A stretch of DNA of 64,000 bases from the IMG/VR virus record IMGVR_UViG_3300037067_004615. One strand, 5' to 3'. Positions 22,202 through 30,935 of the stretch are shown one piece after another. The stretch comes from an uncultured virus (IMG/VR IMGVR_UViG_3300037067_004615) (taxonomy: Duplodnaviria > Heunggongvirae > Uroviricota > Caudoviricetes). Both the position numbers and the translations under genes were made by a program. Under the pieces are notes generated by a model, which saw only the letters and a program-made list of their open reading frames with translations, had not been told where the DNA came from and ran no database searches. The stretch's first letter is position 1; each line of letters begins with the position of its first letter.

Positions 22202-22489
22202 ATGGTTAGCGACTTAGAAGTTAAATTTAATTATTATGCAAAAATGTGGCATGAAGAAACTGATTGTCACTCTAACCCTAATATAATTATATCAAATAAA
22301 TACTACCAAAAATTGATAGAGTTAGGCAATAAAGTTATTCCACTAATAATTAACGAATTGAAAAATAATGGTGGTTTTTGGTTTAATGCTTTATAACAAT
22401 TAAGTCACGAAAATCCAGTTAAACAAGAAGATAAAGGTAATGTTCATAAAATGCAAGAAGCATGGATTAAATGGTGGGATAAAAAATAA
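22202..22489 (+). pseudogene. Hypothetical gene with an internal TAA
   Basis: Frame continues past TAA 22394-22396 as QLSHENPVKQEDKGNVHKMQEAWIKWW up to the next gene start. Confidence 0.55.
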
Positions 22490-22849
22490 ATGACACGATT
22501 TAGTGATGGCAAGGAATCTGATTTAAAGAGCCAGATTATAGACTACTTACAGATACTCGAAAATATGGGCGTGTGTCTTTATGAAAGAATCAATGCGGGG
22601 GAACTTGTAGTCCTAAATAAAGATGGCACGAAAAGGCTTGTAAAACTGGCTCGCAAGGGGTGTGCCGATGTTCTTTGTATTATCTATGGTCGAGCAATAT
22701 TCATTGAGACAAAATCTAAAACTGGTAAGCAATCAGACGATCAAAAAGAGTTTCAGGTAAAAGCGGAAAGTGTTAGTGCAATCTATTGGTTAATATATGA
22801 CTTTGATGATTTTAAAAATAGAATTGACAAAATCATAAACATATGTTAG
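22490..22849 (+). CDS. VRR-NUC (PD-(D/E)xK) nuclease
   Basis: E..L...I..YL, G.AD, FIETK, GKQSDDQ. Confidence 0.85.
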   Translation: MTRFSDGKESDLKSQIIDYLQILENMGVCLYERINAGELVVLNKDGTKRLVKLARKGCADVLCIIYGRAIFIETKSKTGKQSDDQKEFQVKAESVSAIYWLIYDFDDFKNRIDKIINIC

Positions 22850-22852
22850 AAT
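22824..22852 (+). promoter_or_regulatory. Sigma70 promoter for the ncRNA/tRNA cluster
   Basis: TTGACA-17 nt-TAGAAT with extended -10 TG. Confidence 0.75.
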
Positions 22853-22892
22853 AATAGATAGTAAGGTAGTGAAGTACTCTTTAAAAAGTGAA

Positions 22893-23081
22893 TAAAGATT
22901 GGTGCTATCGAATTGAATATTATGGATGGTCATCCTTTTTAAGGAACCCTGAGTAATGTATATAGATGGTAAAAGATCGGGCGTGCAGATAGTTCCCAAC
23001 CCTAAAGACGACGGTTTTTAGGACAAAATAATGTTGGGTTTAAAATGGATAAGAGCCTTTTATTCAACCAGCCAATCTTTA
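22893..23081 (+). ncRNA. Unidentified structured RNA 1
   Basis: Closing stem TAAAGATTGG/CCAATCTTTA, internal hairpins, AGTGAATA at the 5' edge, no credible ORF. Confidence 0.55.
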
Positions 23082-23097
23082 ATTTAAAAACCGAATA

Positions 23098-23374
23098 TAA
23101 AAGTTTTAGGTGGCGAAAAAGGTAGCCGCTATAAAAGCAGACGCATTGAATATTAAAATTTCCATATCTTAGTGACGATTAAGTTTTCAATGCCTATCGT
23201 GGATGATGCATCTAAAGTGACTAATGGCAACATAGCGTGTTAATACCGTAGTTGTTGCTCAAATCTTTAGACTAAGACTTGTGTAGTTTGACGAAGGTAC
23301 TTCAATAACCAATAGGTTATAACGAAGTAAAAATCCTAGACAGTCAGCCATTATTTGGTGCTGATAAAATTTTA
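23098..23374 (+). ncRNA. Unidentified structured RNA 2 with tRNA D-arm-like start
   Basis: Closing stem TAAAAGTTTTA/TAAAATTTTA; GTGGCGAAAAAGGTAGCCGCT; preceded by CCGAATA. Confidence 0.5.
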
Positions 23375-23380
23375 AGATAT

Positions 23381-23459
23381 CTGGGCGTAGCATAGTATGT
23401 TTTAATGCGCCAAGTTTGGGGCTTGGATATCGGTTGTTAAAATCAACCCACTCAGACCA
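23381..23459 (+). tRNA. tRNA-Pro(TGG)
   Basis: Anticodon arm CCAAG-TTTGGGG-CTTGG; encoded CCA; atypical T-loop TTAAAAT. Confidence 0.8.
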
Positions 23460-23479
23460 ATTAAAAAATAATCACATAT

Positions 23480-23551
23480 GCCTCTATAGCACAATGGTAG
23501 TGCAACAATTTTGTAAATTGTGTGGTTTCGGTTCGAGTCCGTTTAGAGGTT
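23480..23551 (+). tRNA. tRNA-Thr(TGT)
   Basis: Anticodon arm ACAAT-TTTGTAA-ATTGT; GGTTCGAGTCC; no encoded CCA. Confidence 0.85.
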
Positions 23552-23568
23552 CTTTAATAAGTGAATAT

Positions 23569-23652
23569 GGGAAGGTGTCAGAGTGGTTTATTGAGAGTGT
23601 TTGCTAAACACTTGGGCTAATTACCCCACAGGTTCAAATCCTGTCCTTTCCG
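23569..23652 (+). tRNA. tRNA-Ser(GCT)
   Basis: Anticodon arm AGTGT-TTGCTAA-ACACT; long variable arm; G73. Confidence 0.9.
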
Positions 23653-23659
23653 TAAATAT

Positions 23660-23758
23660 TGGAGCGTGGGCGAGTGGTTGAAAGCCAATAGTCTCGAAAA
23701 CTATCAGACGAGCTAAAACAGTGATCGTCCGTGAGTCCGAATCTCACCGCTTCAGCCA
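23660..23758 (+). tRNA. tRNA-Ser(CGA)
   Basis: Anticodon arm ATAGT-CTCGAAA-ACTAT; long variable arm; GCCA end. Confidence 0.85.
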
Positions 23759-23768
23759 AATTTAATAT

Positions 23769-23847
23769 TGGTGTATGGCGCAAATAGGCAGACGCAACAC
23801 GCTTAGAACGTGTAAAACTTAGAGTTCGACTCTCTATACACCAACCA
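23769..23847 (+). tRNA. tRNA-Leu(TAG), short variable loop
   Basis: Anticodon arm ACACG-CTTAGAA-CGTGT; ACCA end. Confidence 0.85.
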
Positions 23848-23850
23848 AAT

Positions 23851-23927
23851 GCTAGATTAGCCCAACGGTAGAGGCAATAGTTTCAAAAACTATAAAGGTA
23901 CAAGTTCAAATCCTGTATCTAGCACCA
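23851..23927 (+). tRNA. tRNA-Leu(CAA), short variable loop
   Basis: Anticodon arm ATAGT-TTCAAAA-ACTAT; ACCA end. Confidence 0.85.
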
Positions 23928-23929
23928 AT

Positions 23930-24005
23930 GCTATTGTAGACCAACGGCAGAGTCAATAGACTTAAAATCTATGTAGTGTGCGTCCGAATCGCACCAATAG
24001 CACCA
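23930..24005 (+). tRNA. tRNA-Leu(TAA), short variable loop
   Basis: Anticodon arm ATAGA-CTTAAAA-TCTAT; ACCA end. Confidence 0.85.
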
Positions 24006-24009
24006 TCAT

Positions 24010-24100
24010 CGATTGGTAGCCAAGTGGTTGAAGGCGCATGACTGTAAATCATGTACCCATGTGGTAAACATCGTAGGTTCAAATCCTACTCAATCGACCA
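24010..24100 (+). tRNA. tRNA-Tyr(GTA) with C1-G72 and long variable arm
   Basis: Anticodon arm CATGA-CTGTAAA-TCATG; acceptor CGATTGG/TCAATCG followed by ACCA. Confidence 0.9.
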
Positions 24101-24125
24101 ATTATTTAACAAGTGAATAGTGTAT

Positions 24126-24439
24126 AAAGTGGGAGTTACAGTCTGGCCGACAAAACTCAAATATAACGGTTAGCGTGTAAATTACCGACACGGGTTGAGT
24201 TGCTCTTGCGCTAGGGTGGTTACTGAGAATAGATTGGTGAAAATGAGCTTCCACTTTTTAGGTTAGTGATGGACAGACACGATACATAAATTGCCGACTT
24301 CAAGTTCTAGCGATAGGCGTGAGCTATAGTAATGCGCTAAATGTTATTAGCAAAATTCGCTAGTGCAAAACTTAAATGTTCGCATCATTTAGAGAAGTTC
24401 ATCGTGGAGAATCGGGACTCGATGTAAACTAACCTAAAA
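24126..24439 (+). ncRNA. Unidentified structured RNA 3 (two closed domains)
   Basis: Stems AAAGTGGGAGTT/AGCTTCCACTTT and TTTTAGGTTAGT/ACTAACCTAAAA; preceded by AGTGAATA. Confidence 0.55.
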
Positions 24440-24445
24440 ACACAC

Positions 24446-24474
24446 TTGACAAATTAATAAATATTTGCTAAGAT
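24446..24474 (+). promoter_or_regulatory. Sigma70 promoter
   Basis: TTGACA-17 nt-TAAGAT with extended -10 TG. Confidence 0.7.
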
Positions 24475-24487
24475 AATAATTAACAGA

Positions 24488-24610
24488 CTAGATGAGCCTC
24501 TACTTTTAAAAAGTAAGCGCAACATATCTAGTATTTTAAATGAGTGGACTGATAGAGTGAGTTTGAAAGCAAGTGAGTTCAGAGATGAATGAGAACCAGT
24601 TAGTCCACTC
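24488..24610 (+). ncRNA. Two small structured RNAs
   Basis: Closing stems ACTAGATG/..ATCTAGT and GAGTGGACTGA/TTAGTCCACTC. Confidence 0.45.
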
Positions 24611-24626
24611 GCTACTTTAGTAACTG

Positions 24627-24861
24627 AATAATCTTTATATATGAGTGGCGAAAGTTAATAGACGCTTGAACGAAAGGCAATCTAACTGACCTGACAGTGA
24701 ATTAGGCATGAGCGTGACGCAAGCTCAATAAGTCCGATAAACGAGACTTACTGGTCTAAGTGTACCGTACACACCATCGAGAGATGTTGCAGGATAACGA
24801 CTTCAGTGAGTGAAAGGATTGCTGTGCAGTAGTGAAAGGCTCTGCCTCATTAAAGATTATT
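24627..24861 (+). ncRNA. Unidentified structured RNA 4 with tRNA-like D-arm and T-arm ends
   Basis: Closing stems AATAATCTTTA/TAAAGATTATT and ATGAG/CTCAT; GTGGCGAAAGTTAATAGACGCT; AACTGAATA at the 5' edge. Confidence 0.55.
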
Positions 24862-24917
24862 TTTAGAGTTGGGAGGTAAAAGCATGTTGTAGAAAACTAA
24901 AATTAAAGGAGTACAAC

Positions 24918-25196
24918 ATGTCACGAAGTTATAAAAAGAACCCTGGTTTTTATGATCGTAACCCTTTTATGAAATCAAAGGCCAATGAGAAAGTTAGACA
25001 CTATAAAGATTTACCAGATGGAAACAGTTATAAAAAAGTTAGCGATTCATGGTCTATCCACGATCATAAGTTTCATATCTGGTGTAGGTCTGATTTAATT
25101 GGATGGCAAAATAGATTCGGACAACAATTTAAAAAGTGGCCTTGTTTTAAAGAACTGTGTAAAACTAAAACGTATAGAAATGCAATGTCAAAGTAG
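24918..25196 (+). CDS. Basic phage hypothetical protein embedded in the RNA cluster
   Basis: MSRSYKK...KAN.KVR...G.SYKK..SW.I.D; AAGGGAG RBS. Confidence 0.7.
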   Translation: MSRSYKKNPGFYDRNPFMKSKANEKVRHYKDLPDGNSYKKVSDSWSIHDHKFHIWCRSDLIGWQNRFGQQFKKWPCFKELCKTKTYRNAMSK

Positions 25197-25208
25197 TTTA
25201 ACAAGTGA

Positions 25209-25444
25209 ATATAAAAGTCTTAGGCCCTACAGCAAGGGGTGTAAATCTTACAACGGACTTAGATGAAATGCTGCTTTGTAGTCTAAGTCTAGGAATCAAT
25301 CCACCACGTAGGATGCACTTGTAAGAGTGGCTAAGTCAGTTTATCTGACACTTGCGTTTCTTAGAGTCGCCCTTGCGATTCGTGATTTCTGTATGCGGAA
25401 TGAGGGAGACGCCTTTTATAAATTCTACCCTAAGACTTTTATAT
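25209..25444 (+). ncRNA. Unidentified structured RNA 5
   Basis: 16-bp closing stem ATATAAAAGTCTTAGG/CCTAAGACTTTTATAT with nested stems; AGTGAATA at the 5' edge. Confidence 0.55.
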
Positions 25445-25659
25445 TTAAAATGTCAATCAAAATGTCCATTAATACTACAGATTAAACCAGCTTCTAAAGT
25501 TGTAAATATGATGCAACAGAAAAACATTTTAAAGTTTTTATTAGGCATGCAAAGCTAGAATACGGTGGGTGTGTGGTTGTGAGGGGATAGGCTCTATCAC
25601 TGGCCGGTCGGTCTTTGGTAGAGCCTATGTTATATTCAATCTTTTGGAGTGTGCATTGA

Positions 25660-26304
25660 ATGGGTGATGATTTAAAGAATCAAACTGTCAAACAATATGT
25701 TCCGCCTGCACAGAGTGAACCTAAACAATCTGAAAAAGAAAAGGTACTGGAAGCGATTGAGGTCGGGAAATTAAACCTTGAGCTTGAAGCACAAAAACTA
25801 AAATTTAAGAACTTAGCAGAGTTTGAATCACGATTAAAAGCGTTAGATGCAAAGGAAGTTGAACTAGCAAGGCGTGAAGATAAAGTAAAGACCGAAGAAG
25901 ATATACTTGTACAACGTGAAGCTGAAGTAGTCAGGGCCGCAGAGATTAACGATAATGTAAAACAGAACCTTATTTCAAAAGAAATTTTGGATTACAAGAA
26001 GTCGGAAAAGGTCAGGGCATACGCTTTCCAGAGTTACTTTAATACGCTTGATATTTTATTTCAGAAGTTACTTAATGCGAAATCAGGCAAAAGTTGTTTA
26101 GGGTTGGTTCCGAAGGGGAAGAAGTTAGTCGATGAAACAGTTTGTATAGACGTTGATTTTCAAGACGAACTTAAACCTCTCATAATTTCAGTTATGACCG
26201 CTTTAAAAGTATCACCGAAGTTTAAAACTGATACTGGTGAATATATAACACAAGATGAGTCAGAAGAAGAATATGTTGAGGATGAACCGGACTCTGATGC
26301 CTAG
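25660..26304 (+). CDS. Coiled-coil protein with acidic C-terminus
   Basis: E/K-rich heptads; ends DESEEEYVEDEPDSDA. Confidence 0.7.
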   Translation: MGDDLKNQTVKQYVPPAQSEPKQSEKEKVLEAIEVGKLNLELEAQKLKFKNLAEFESRLKALDAKEVELARREDKVKTEEDILVQREAEVVRAAEINDNVKQNLISKEILDYKKSEKVRAYAFQSYFNTLDILFQKLLNAKSGKSCLGLVPKGKKLVDETVCIDVDFQDELKPLIISVMTALKVSPKFKTDTGEYITQDESEEEYVEDEPDSDA

Positions 26305-26442
26305 TCCTGCTTCTTGATAGTCTTGATAGTTTTCTCTAAATGGTCTAAAATCCGGTTAGTGTAGCGTGTGGTTACTAGCTGCATTGTTCCAATTATAACG
26401 GCTACTAAACCTGAAGATATAACTGTAGTCCAGTTGATTGAT

Positions 26443-28089
26443 TTAAATATTTCGGTCATGGTCTTGTGTAGTGTCCTCTGTGTATTTTATTCCGTTTACT
26501 GTTACAGTACGTTTTTGTTGTGGTTGTTTTTCTTCAAAGGAAGTTTGTTTAGTGGGTGGTTGCATGTTCTTCTTTTTAAGCAGGTACTTATCTATCATTC
26601 CATTTACAGAAGCACGGATAGTTTTACTTCCGAGATAAAGCCCCATTAATACACCGATAAAGAAGAAAAGGTAACTTGAATTAAGCAATCCGCCCACTAA
26701 ACTAACCTCTAACTATTTATTTTCAGATTCTTCGATAGGTTGATCGGTTTCTGATAGACGCTTCTTTAACCGTTTGATTTGTGGCATTAGCTTAGATTTA
26801 CTGTATGACAAACCCGCAAAAAAGCCAATTGCAAAGAGCGCCACCCAACTAATAATTTGGATAAACGTGATATTCATTTAATAAAATTTCCCCCTATTCC
26901 TTTTTAATTATCTTTCTAAAAAACCTAGAATACGATCTACGAATTGTTCTCTAAACCACTTAGACCCGAAGCAGATTCCGAGTATTAATCCGCAACAAAA
27001 TAACCACCACATTTACTCACCACCTTTCCGTTTTACTGAAACTTGTTCTGGATGGTCATGGATATATTGTAATACATCTTCAGTAGTCGCCGTAGTAAAG
27101 TCAATACCTTTCGGTTTCTCAACCTTTTGTTCTTTAATCTTTTGGGGTTGTTCTAATTTTGTCTGAACTTTAGTATTCGGTAAGTAATCTAAATCATCGA
27201 ACTTGTCTTGTAACCACTCGCATCCTAACACTAATCCGTTCATAATCCACATTGACGCTTTACTAATCCAGATAATTAACGTTAGTGCATGATGGCGTAA
27301 CCATGCGTTTGTTATTGCAAACCCTGTTAAAAAACCTATCCCTAGAATAATAAACCACGGCATTTAATTAGACCTATTTTTATCGGTGGCGTATCCGATA
27401 CCATTGTTAAAACGATTAGTGAATAGTAATTGGGTTTCATTTGAAATCGGGATTTTAGCGTTACATGGGTAGTTCCAAAATAGTTTTTCTAGTTCATAAG
27501 TCTCGTTTTCAGTCCGATTAGTTCCTTTAGTTTCGAGTTCGATAGTTCTTTTACGGTAGTCTTTTAAGGTATTCATGCGTATTAATTCTCCTTTATGTTG
27601 TACTTTTTACAAAGTTCTTTGTACTTCGGATGTTGTTTTGCGTTTGGAATGTATTGTGCAACCTGTTGTAAAATATCTTCGGCTGTAGGGTTAGTGTTTC
27701 TTAAACTTCGAGTATATATTCTAAAGATTAATACCAATCCGAACAATGCCATGATGTTAGATAGTATGTTTGTAAGCCAGAATTGAATATGGTTCCAGAA
27801 GTCTAAGTACATCGGGATTAGTCCAGCATTAGTAAATAAGTTTAAAGCAACCCGCCAAATTACCACTCCGAAAAATATTAAGAATACTAAGTCAACTTTA
27901 ACGTGCTTCTTATTTCGGTTAGGATAAATTTTGTCAATAATTTTACTAAATAATTTTTTCAAAATATTACCACCTTTATTTATGTTTATTCCGTGAACGA
28001 ATGTACCAGAAAATTATTCCTCCAATGATCAAAAATACGAGAACCGGATTTTGCCCATTTAAGATTCCACCGATGTCAGGTAACTGCAT
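26443..28089 (-). other. Cluster of small membrane-protein genes
   Basis: ORFs 26443-26697, 27013-27363, 27582-27962 plus short hand-read ORFs, most with an N-terminal hydrophobic helix. Confidence 0.6.
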
Positions 28090-28142
28090 CTTATTACTTA
28101 CCTCTTACAATGATTGTACTACATCTCAATAAATAAATCAAC

Positions 28143-28769
28143 TTATTGTTTTAAAGTCACAAGATAATACAACGCCCAGTTCCAAAGGTTACGGTTCCAG
28201 TTATCGGGATTGACTGTATCAAGTAGTGACTTAAAACTTTCACGTGGTTCCCTAGTGAATTGAGGTCGGTCGTAATCTATCGGATAAAGTGAAAATTCCT
28301 CACCGAATTGAATGATACCTTCTTTGATGCAATCTTGGTCAGTTATGCTTTGTATTCTTTGACAGTCTATTCTATCTAGTATAATGTGATAACGACTTGC
28401 AACTTCGGGCATCATCATTGGCGACCGCCACTTTATATTATTGTCAATTGTCTGATAGTCAACTTTGTAAATTGGTTTATATCCTACTGAGTATCTTAAA
28501 TTACCATTTTCATCGTATCCAGTTTCAGCGATTGTGTAGGTCTCTTTTCCGTATAGTTCGTTTCCATTTTCCCCATAAGGGCATTTAATAAAGTATGTCG
28601 GTTCTAGTTGATTTTTAAAGTAACAATATATGCCATCTTCTACAAATTTAGTATTCCAATCATCAGGATTTTCGTTTATTTTTTGAAGTCCACGAGTACG
28701 ACTTGTTCGACTTTTTATTCCACTAAGGTTTGCTAAAGTCATTTCTGGTTTAAAAAGTATTCCAATCAC
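28143..28769 (-). CDS. ASCH/PUA-like phage protein
   Basis: ILFKPEM...G.K..T.R, CPYG, KET, WRSPMMMP..ASR, EGI, W..N.W. Confidence 0.65.
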   Translation of the reverse strand: MIGILFKPEMTLANLSGIKSRTSRTRGLQKINENPDDWNTKFVEDGIYCYFKNQLEPTYFIKCPYGENGNELYGKETYTIAETGYDENGNLRYSVGYKPIYKVDYQTIDNNIKWRSPMMMPEVASRYHIILDRIDCQRIQSITDQDCIKEGIIQFGEEFSLYPIDYDRPQFTREPRESFKSLLDTVNPDNWNRNLWNWALYYLVTLKQ

Positions 28770-28912
28770 GATAGTTACTCCTTAAAAATTTCCTGATATT
28801 CCCACTTAATGAAGTCCATAATCCATTCGGTTATAAATTGATTTATTCTTTGCATAAGGTATCCCCCTTGTTTATTCAGACCCGCCCCGGCAGGTGGGCG
28901 GTGGACTGTGTG

Positions 28913-29266
28913 TTATTTAAGTAATTCCGGGTTCTGGTAGATGTTGCCGATGACTTCACACCAGTCATGCCACTGCTCAGCTGACGTTGCCCCACCATCG
29001 GGCGTATAAAAACAACCTCGATTATTATCATATTCAATGTGCATAATCCAACCTCTTTTGCCGTTCGTCCAAACCCATTGAATAATATCCCCTTCGTATA
29101 TTTCCTTGCCGTTCTTGTCGTGTAGGCCGGTGAACTGCAGTGGGATAATATCACCACTTTTCGGTATAAACAATCCCTGCAAATCAGTTGTTAAAGATGT
29201 AAGTTTTTGTAAATCGATCATTTGGCACATTGTTGCGTTCCAGGCTTTAAACTTTATCTCTCTCAT
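28913..29266 (-). CDS. YopX-family phage protein
   Basis: MREIKFKAW...QFTGLHDKNGKEIYEGDI...EVIGNIYQNPELL. Confidence 0.9.
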   Translation of the reverse strand: MREIKFKAWNATMCQMIDLQKLTSLTTDLQGLFIPKSGDIIPLQFTGLHDKNGKEIYEGDIIQWVWTNGKRGWIMHIEYDNNRGCFYTPDGGATSAEQWHDWCEVIGNIYQNPELLK

Positions 29267-29664
29267 TCTTCATTCCTCCGTTAAATTCAACCATAACATT
29301 ATGCAATTTTTGCACATTGTTATGGTCCGCGCGTGCCTAATGCTTGCATTATTTCTCCGTTAAATTGACTTCATTCTGTTTGCATATTTTCTGGTTTCAA
29401 ATAGTAATCATTAGAAAATACAACAATTATGGGATCCTCCCACGGCCACGCCCACTTTAAATGCACATCCTGAACACTATATTCATAACTATAACCTTTT
29501 TCCCATATTTCAGGAGTTATTAATTCAACAGTTGAGAGCGTTAACGCTCTCCCTAATGTAGCTTGTTCATACATACACGAGCTACAAAATAAGCCTAGTA
29601 TTAAAATAAACTCTACTATTAAGTTTAAAATTTCCGTATTTTTCATCTGATACCTCCGTTAAAT

Positions 29665-29727
29665 TGGTGGAGCAGGTGGGGCTTTCACCCACAATCTCGC
29701 GCGTTTTAACACTTAAACTACTGCCCC
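29665..29727 (-). ncRNA. tRNA-Ala-like RNA lacking an anticodon arm (63 nt)
   Basis: GGGGCAG...CTGCTCC-A-CCA acceptor with G3-U70, D arm GTTT/AAAC, T arm GTGGG/CCCAC, only about 10 nt between the arms. Confidence 0.7.
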
Positions 29728-29740
29728 TTGTTGTTAAATT

Positions 29741-30151
29741 CAGGCCGGGAAGTGGCTGGTTTCCCTGTTAACCGCTTCCCGCCTGTTTTCGGCCTTATCG
29801 GTAGTTACGTTTAGCTTCTAACGCCCTACCATAAAAATAGTCTACTCATGCCACTACTCACTCAAGGCCGGGAAGGCTTACCTCATGCTTGAACCATGAA
29901 TTGCGCTCACTCCTTTCATAGAGTTTCCAAAATGGAATACGGTTTATTCGCTTTCCCCGTTCTTCGATAATTAATCGAAGTCTCATGGAGTCCCCCCACT
30001 TTCAGCCCTCCCTTTTTGCCAGCCAGTAGCCAGTAGATTCCTCAGACGCTTAAACCGTTAGCTAGACGGCATTACAATTTGTCCAGTATCATCTCTACAT
30101 ACTCACGTCTTCTACTGCCTGTCCTCACGGATTCCTACAGGTGGCTGGCAA
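29741..30151 (-). ncRNA. Tandem unidentified structured RNA domains
   Basis: Closed stems 30151-30016, 30012-29870, 29871-29789, 29785-29741; GC-richer than the genome; preceded by AACTGAATA. Confidence 0.55.
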
Positions 30152-30536
30152 TTCAATATTCAGTTGTTAATTCTTAGTGGGCGACCTACATCTTACAAGC
30201 AAACTATCGCCTCCATTTTATTGATGTTTCTATTCATCATTGGGGGTAAACTATTTCGACATTTAGACAAAAGACTATAACATCTTTATCGCTAAAACAT
30301 TCCTTGATGTAGTTGCGAAATTTTAAACCATCCGCACTAGAATTATTTACTTTTAGTATAAAAGCTCCTGTATCAATATTGAATTTAAGTGTGTTACGGT
30401 TGAATTTTAGTTCGTAACCTTTACGCATATTATCGATGATATCCATTTGAGGTTTAGATAATTTAGAATATTCCAACATTTATGACTCCCATATGTTATC
30501 TCTACCTATATTCATTATACCAAATTTGGTTATAAA

Positions 30537-30935
30537 TTACAACATGAAAAGTGGTAACTGGTACTGTCTATGATACTTATTTTCAGCGTGAATTTTTACG
30601 ACTTTAACTAAGTGCGAAATATCTGCAATATAACTGGTCATAAAATCGAGCCAGTCGGAACATTCGCTAAAACTATCCTCTATCCAGTAACCGTGTGTAC
30701 TATCCGATAATACAATAACGTTATGAAGCCTCATGTTTTCGATTGCTAGTCTAACTTTACGATTTGATTTTGCCCCAATTTTTAGTTGCAGTTCTCGCAT
30801 TTTAATTGCGTTTTCTTTACCAATTCCGAGTGCGTTTTCGATACGGATTTCGAGTTCTGTCTTTACGTATTGGGCGATAGTTTCAGGATTAGCCGTATTT
30901 AAACTGTCAGTTAGATGTGAAAATTCATAGTCCAT
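30537..30935 (-). CDS. Winged-helix-like phage protein
   Basis: GKENAI...R.VR.AI..MR....LS....GYW. Confidence 0.6.
   Translation of the reverse strand: MDYEFSHLTDSLNTANPETIAQYVKTELEIRIENALGIGKENAIKMRELQLKIGAKSNRKVRLAIENMRLHNVIVLSDSTHGYWIEDSFSECSDWLDFMTSYIADISHLVKVVKIHAENKYHRQYQLPLFML

Noticed and set aside
23416..23607. ORF over the tRNA cluster (also 25352-25558, 52510-52761, 52798-52983)
   Set aside because: These overlap tRNAs, structured RNA or repeats and lack an RBS; probably spurious.
24541..24612. Hammerhead ribozyme
   Set aside because: The core reads CUGAUAG rather than CUGANGA, and the stems do not fit.
29665..30151. tmRNA, including a permuted form
   Set aside because: Both acceptor strands lie within 63 nt, a D stem is present, and no tag reading frame ending in hydrophobic-Ala-Ala was found.
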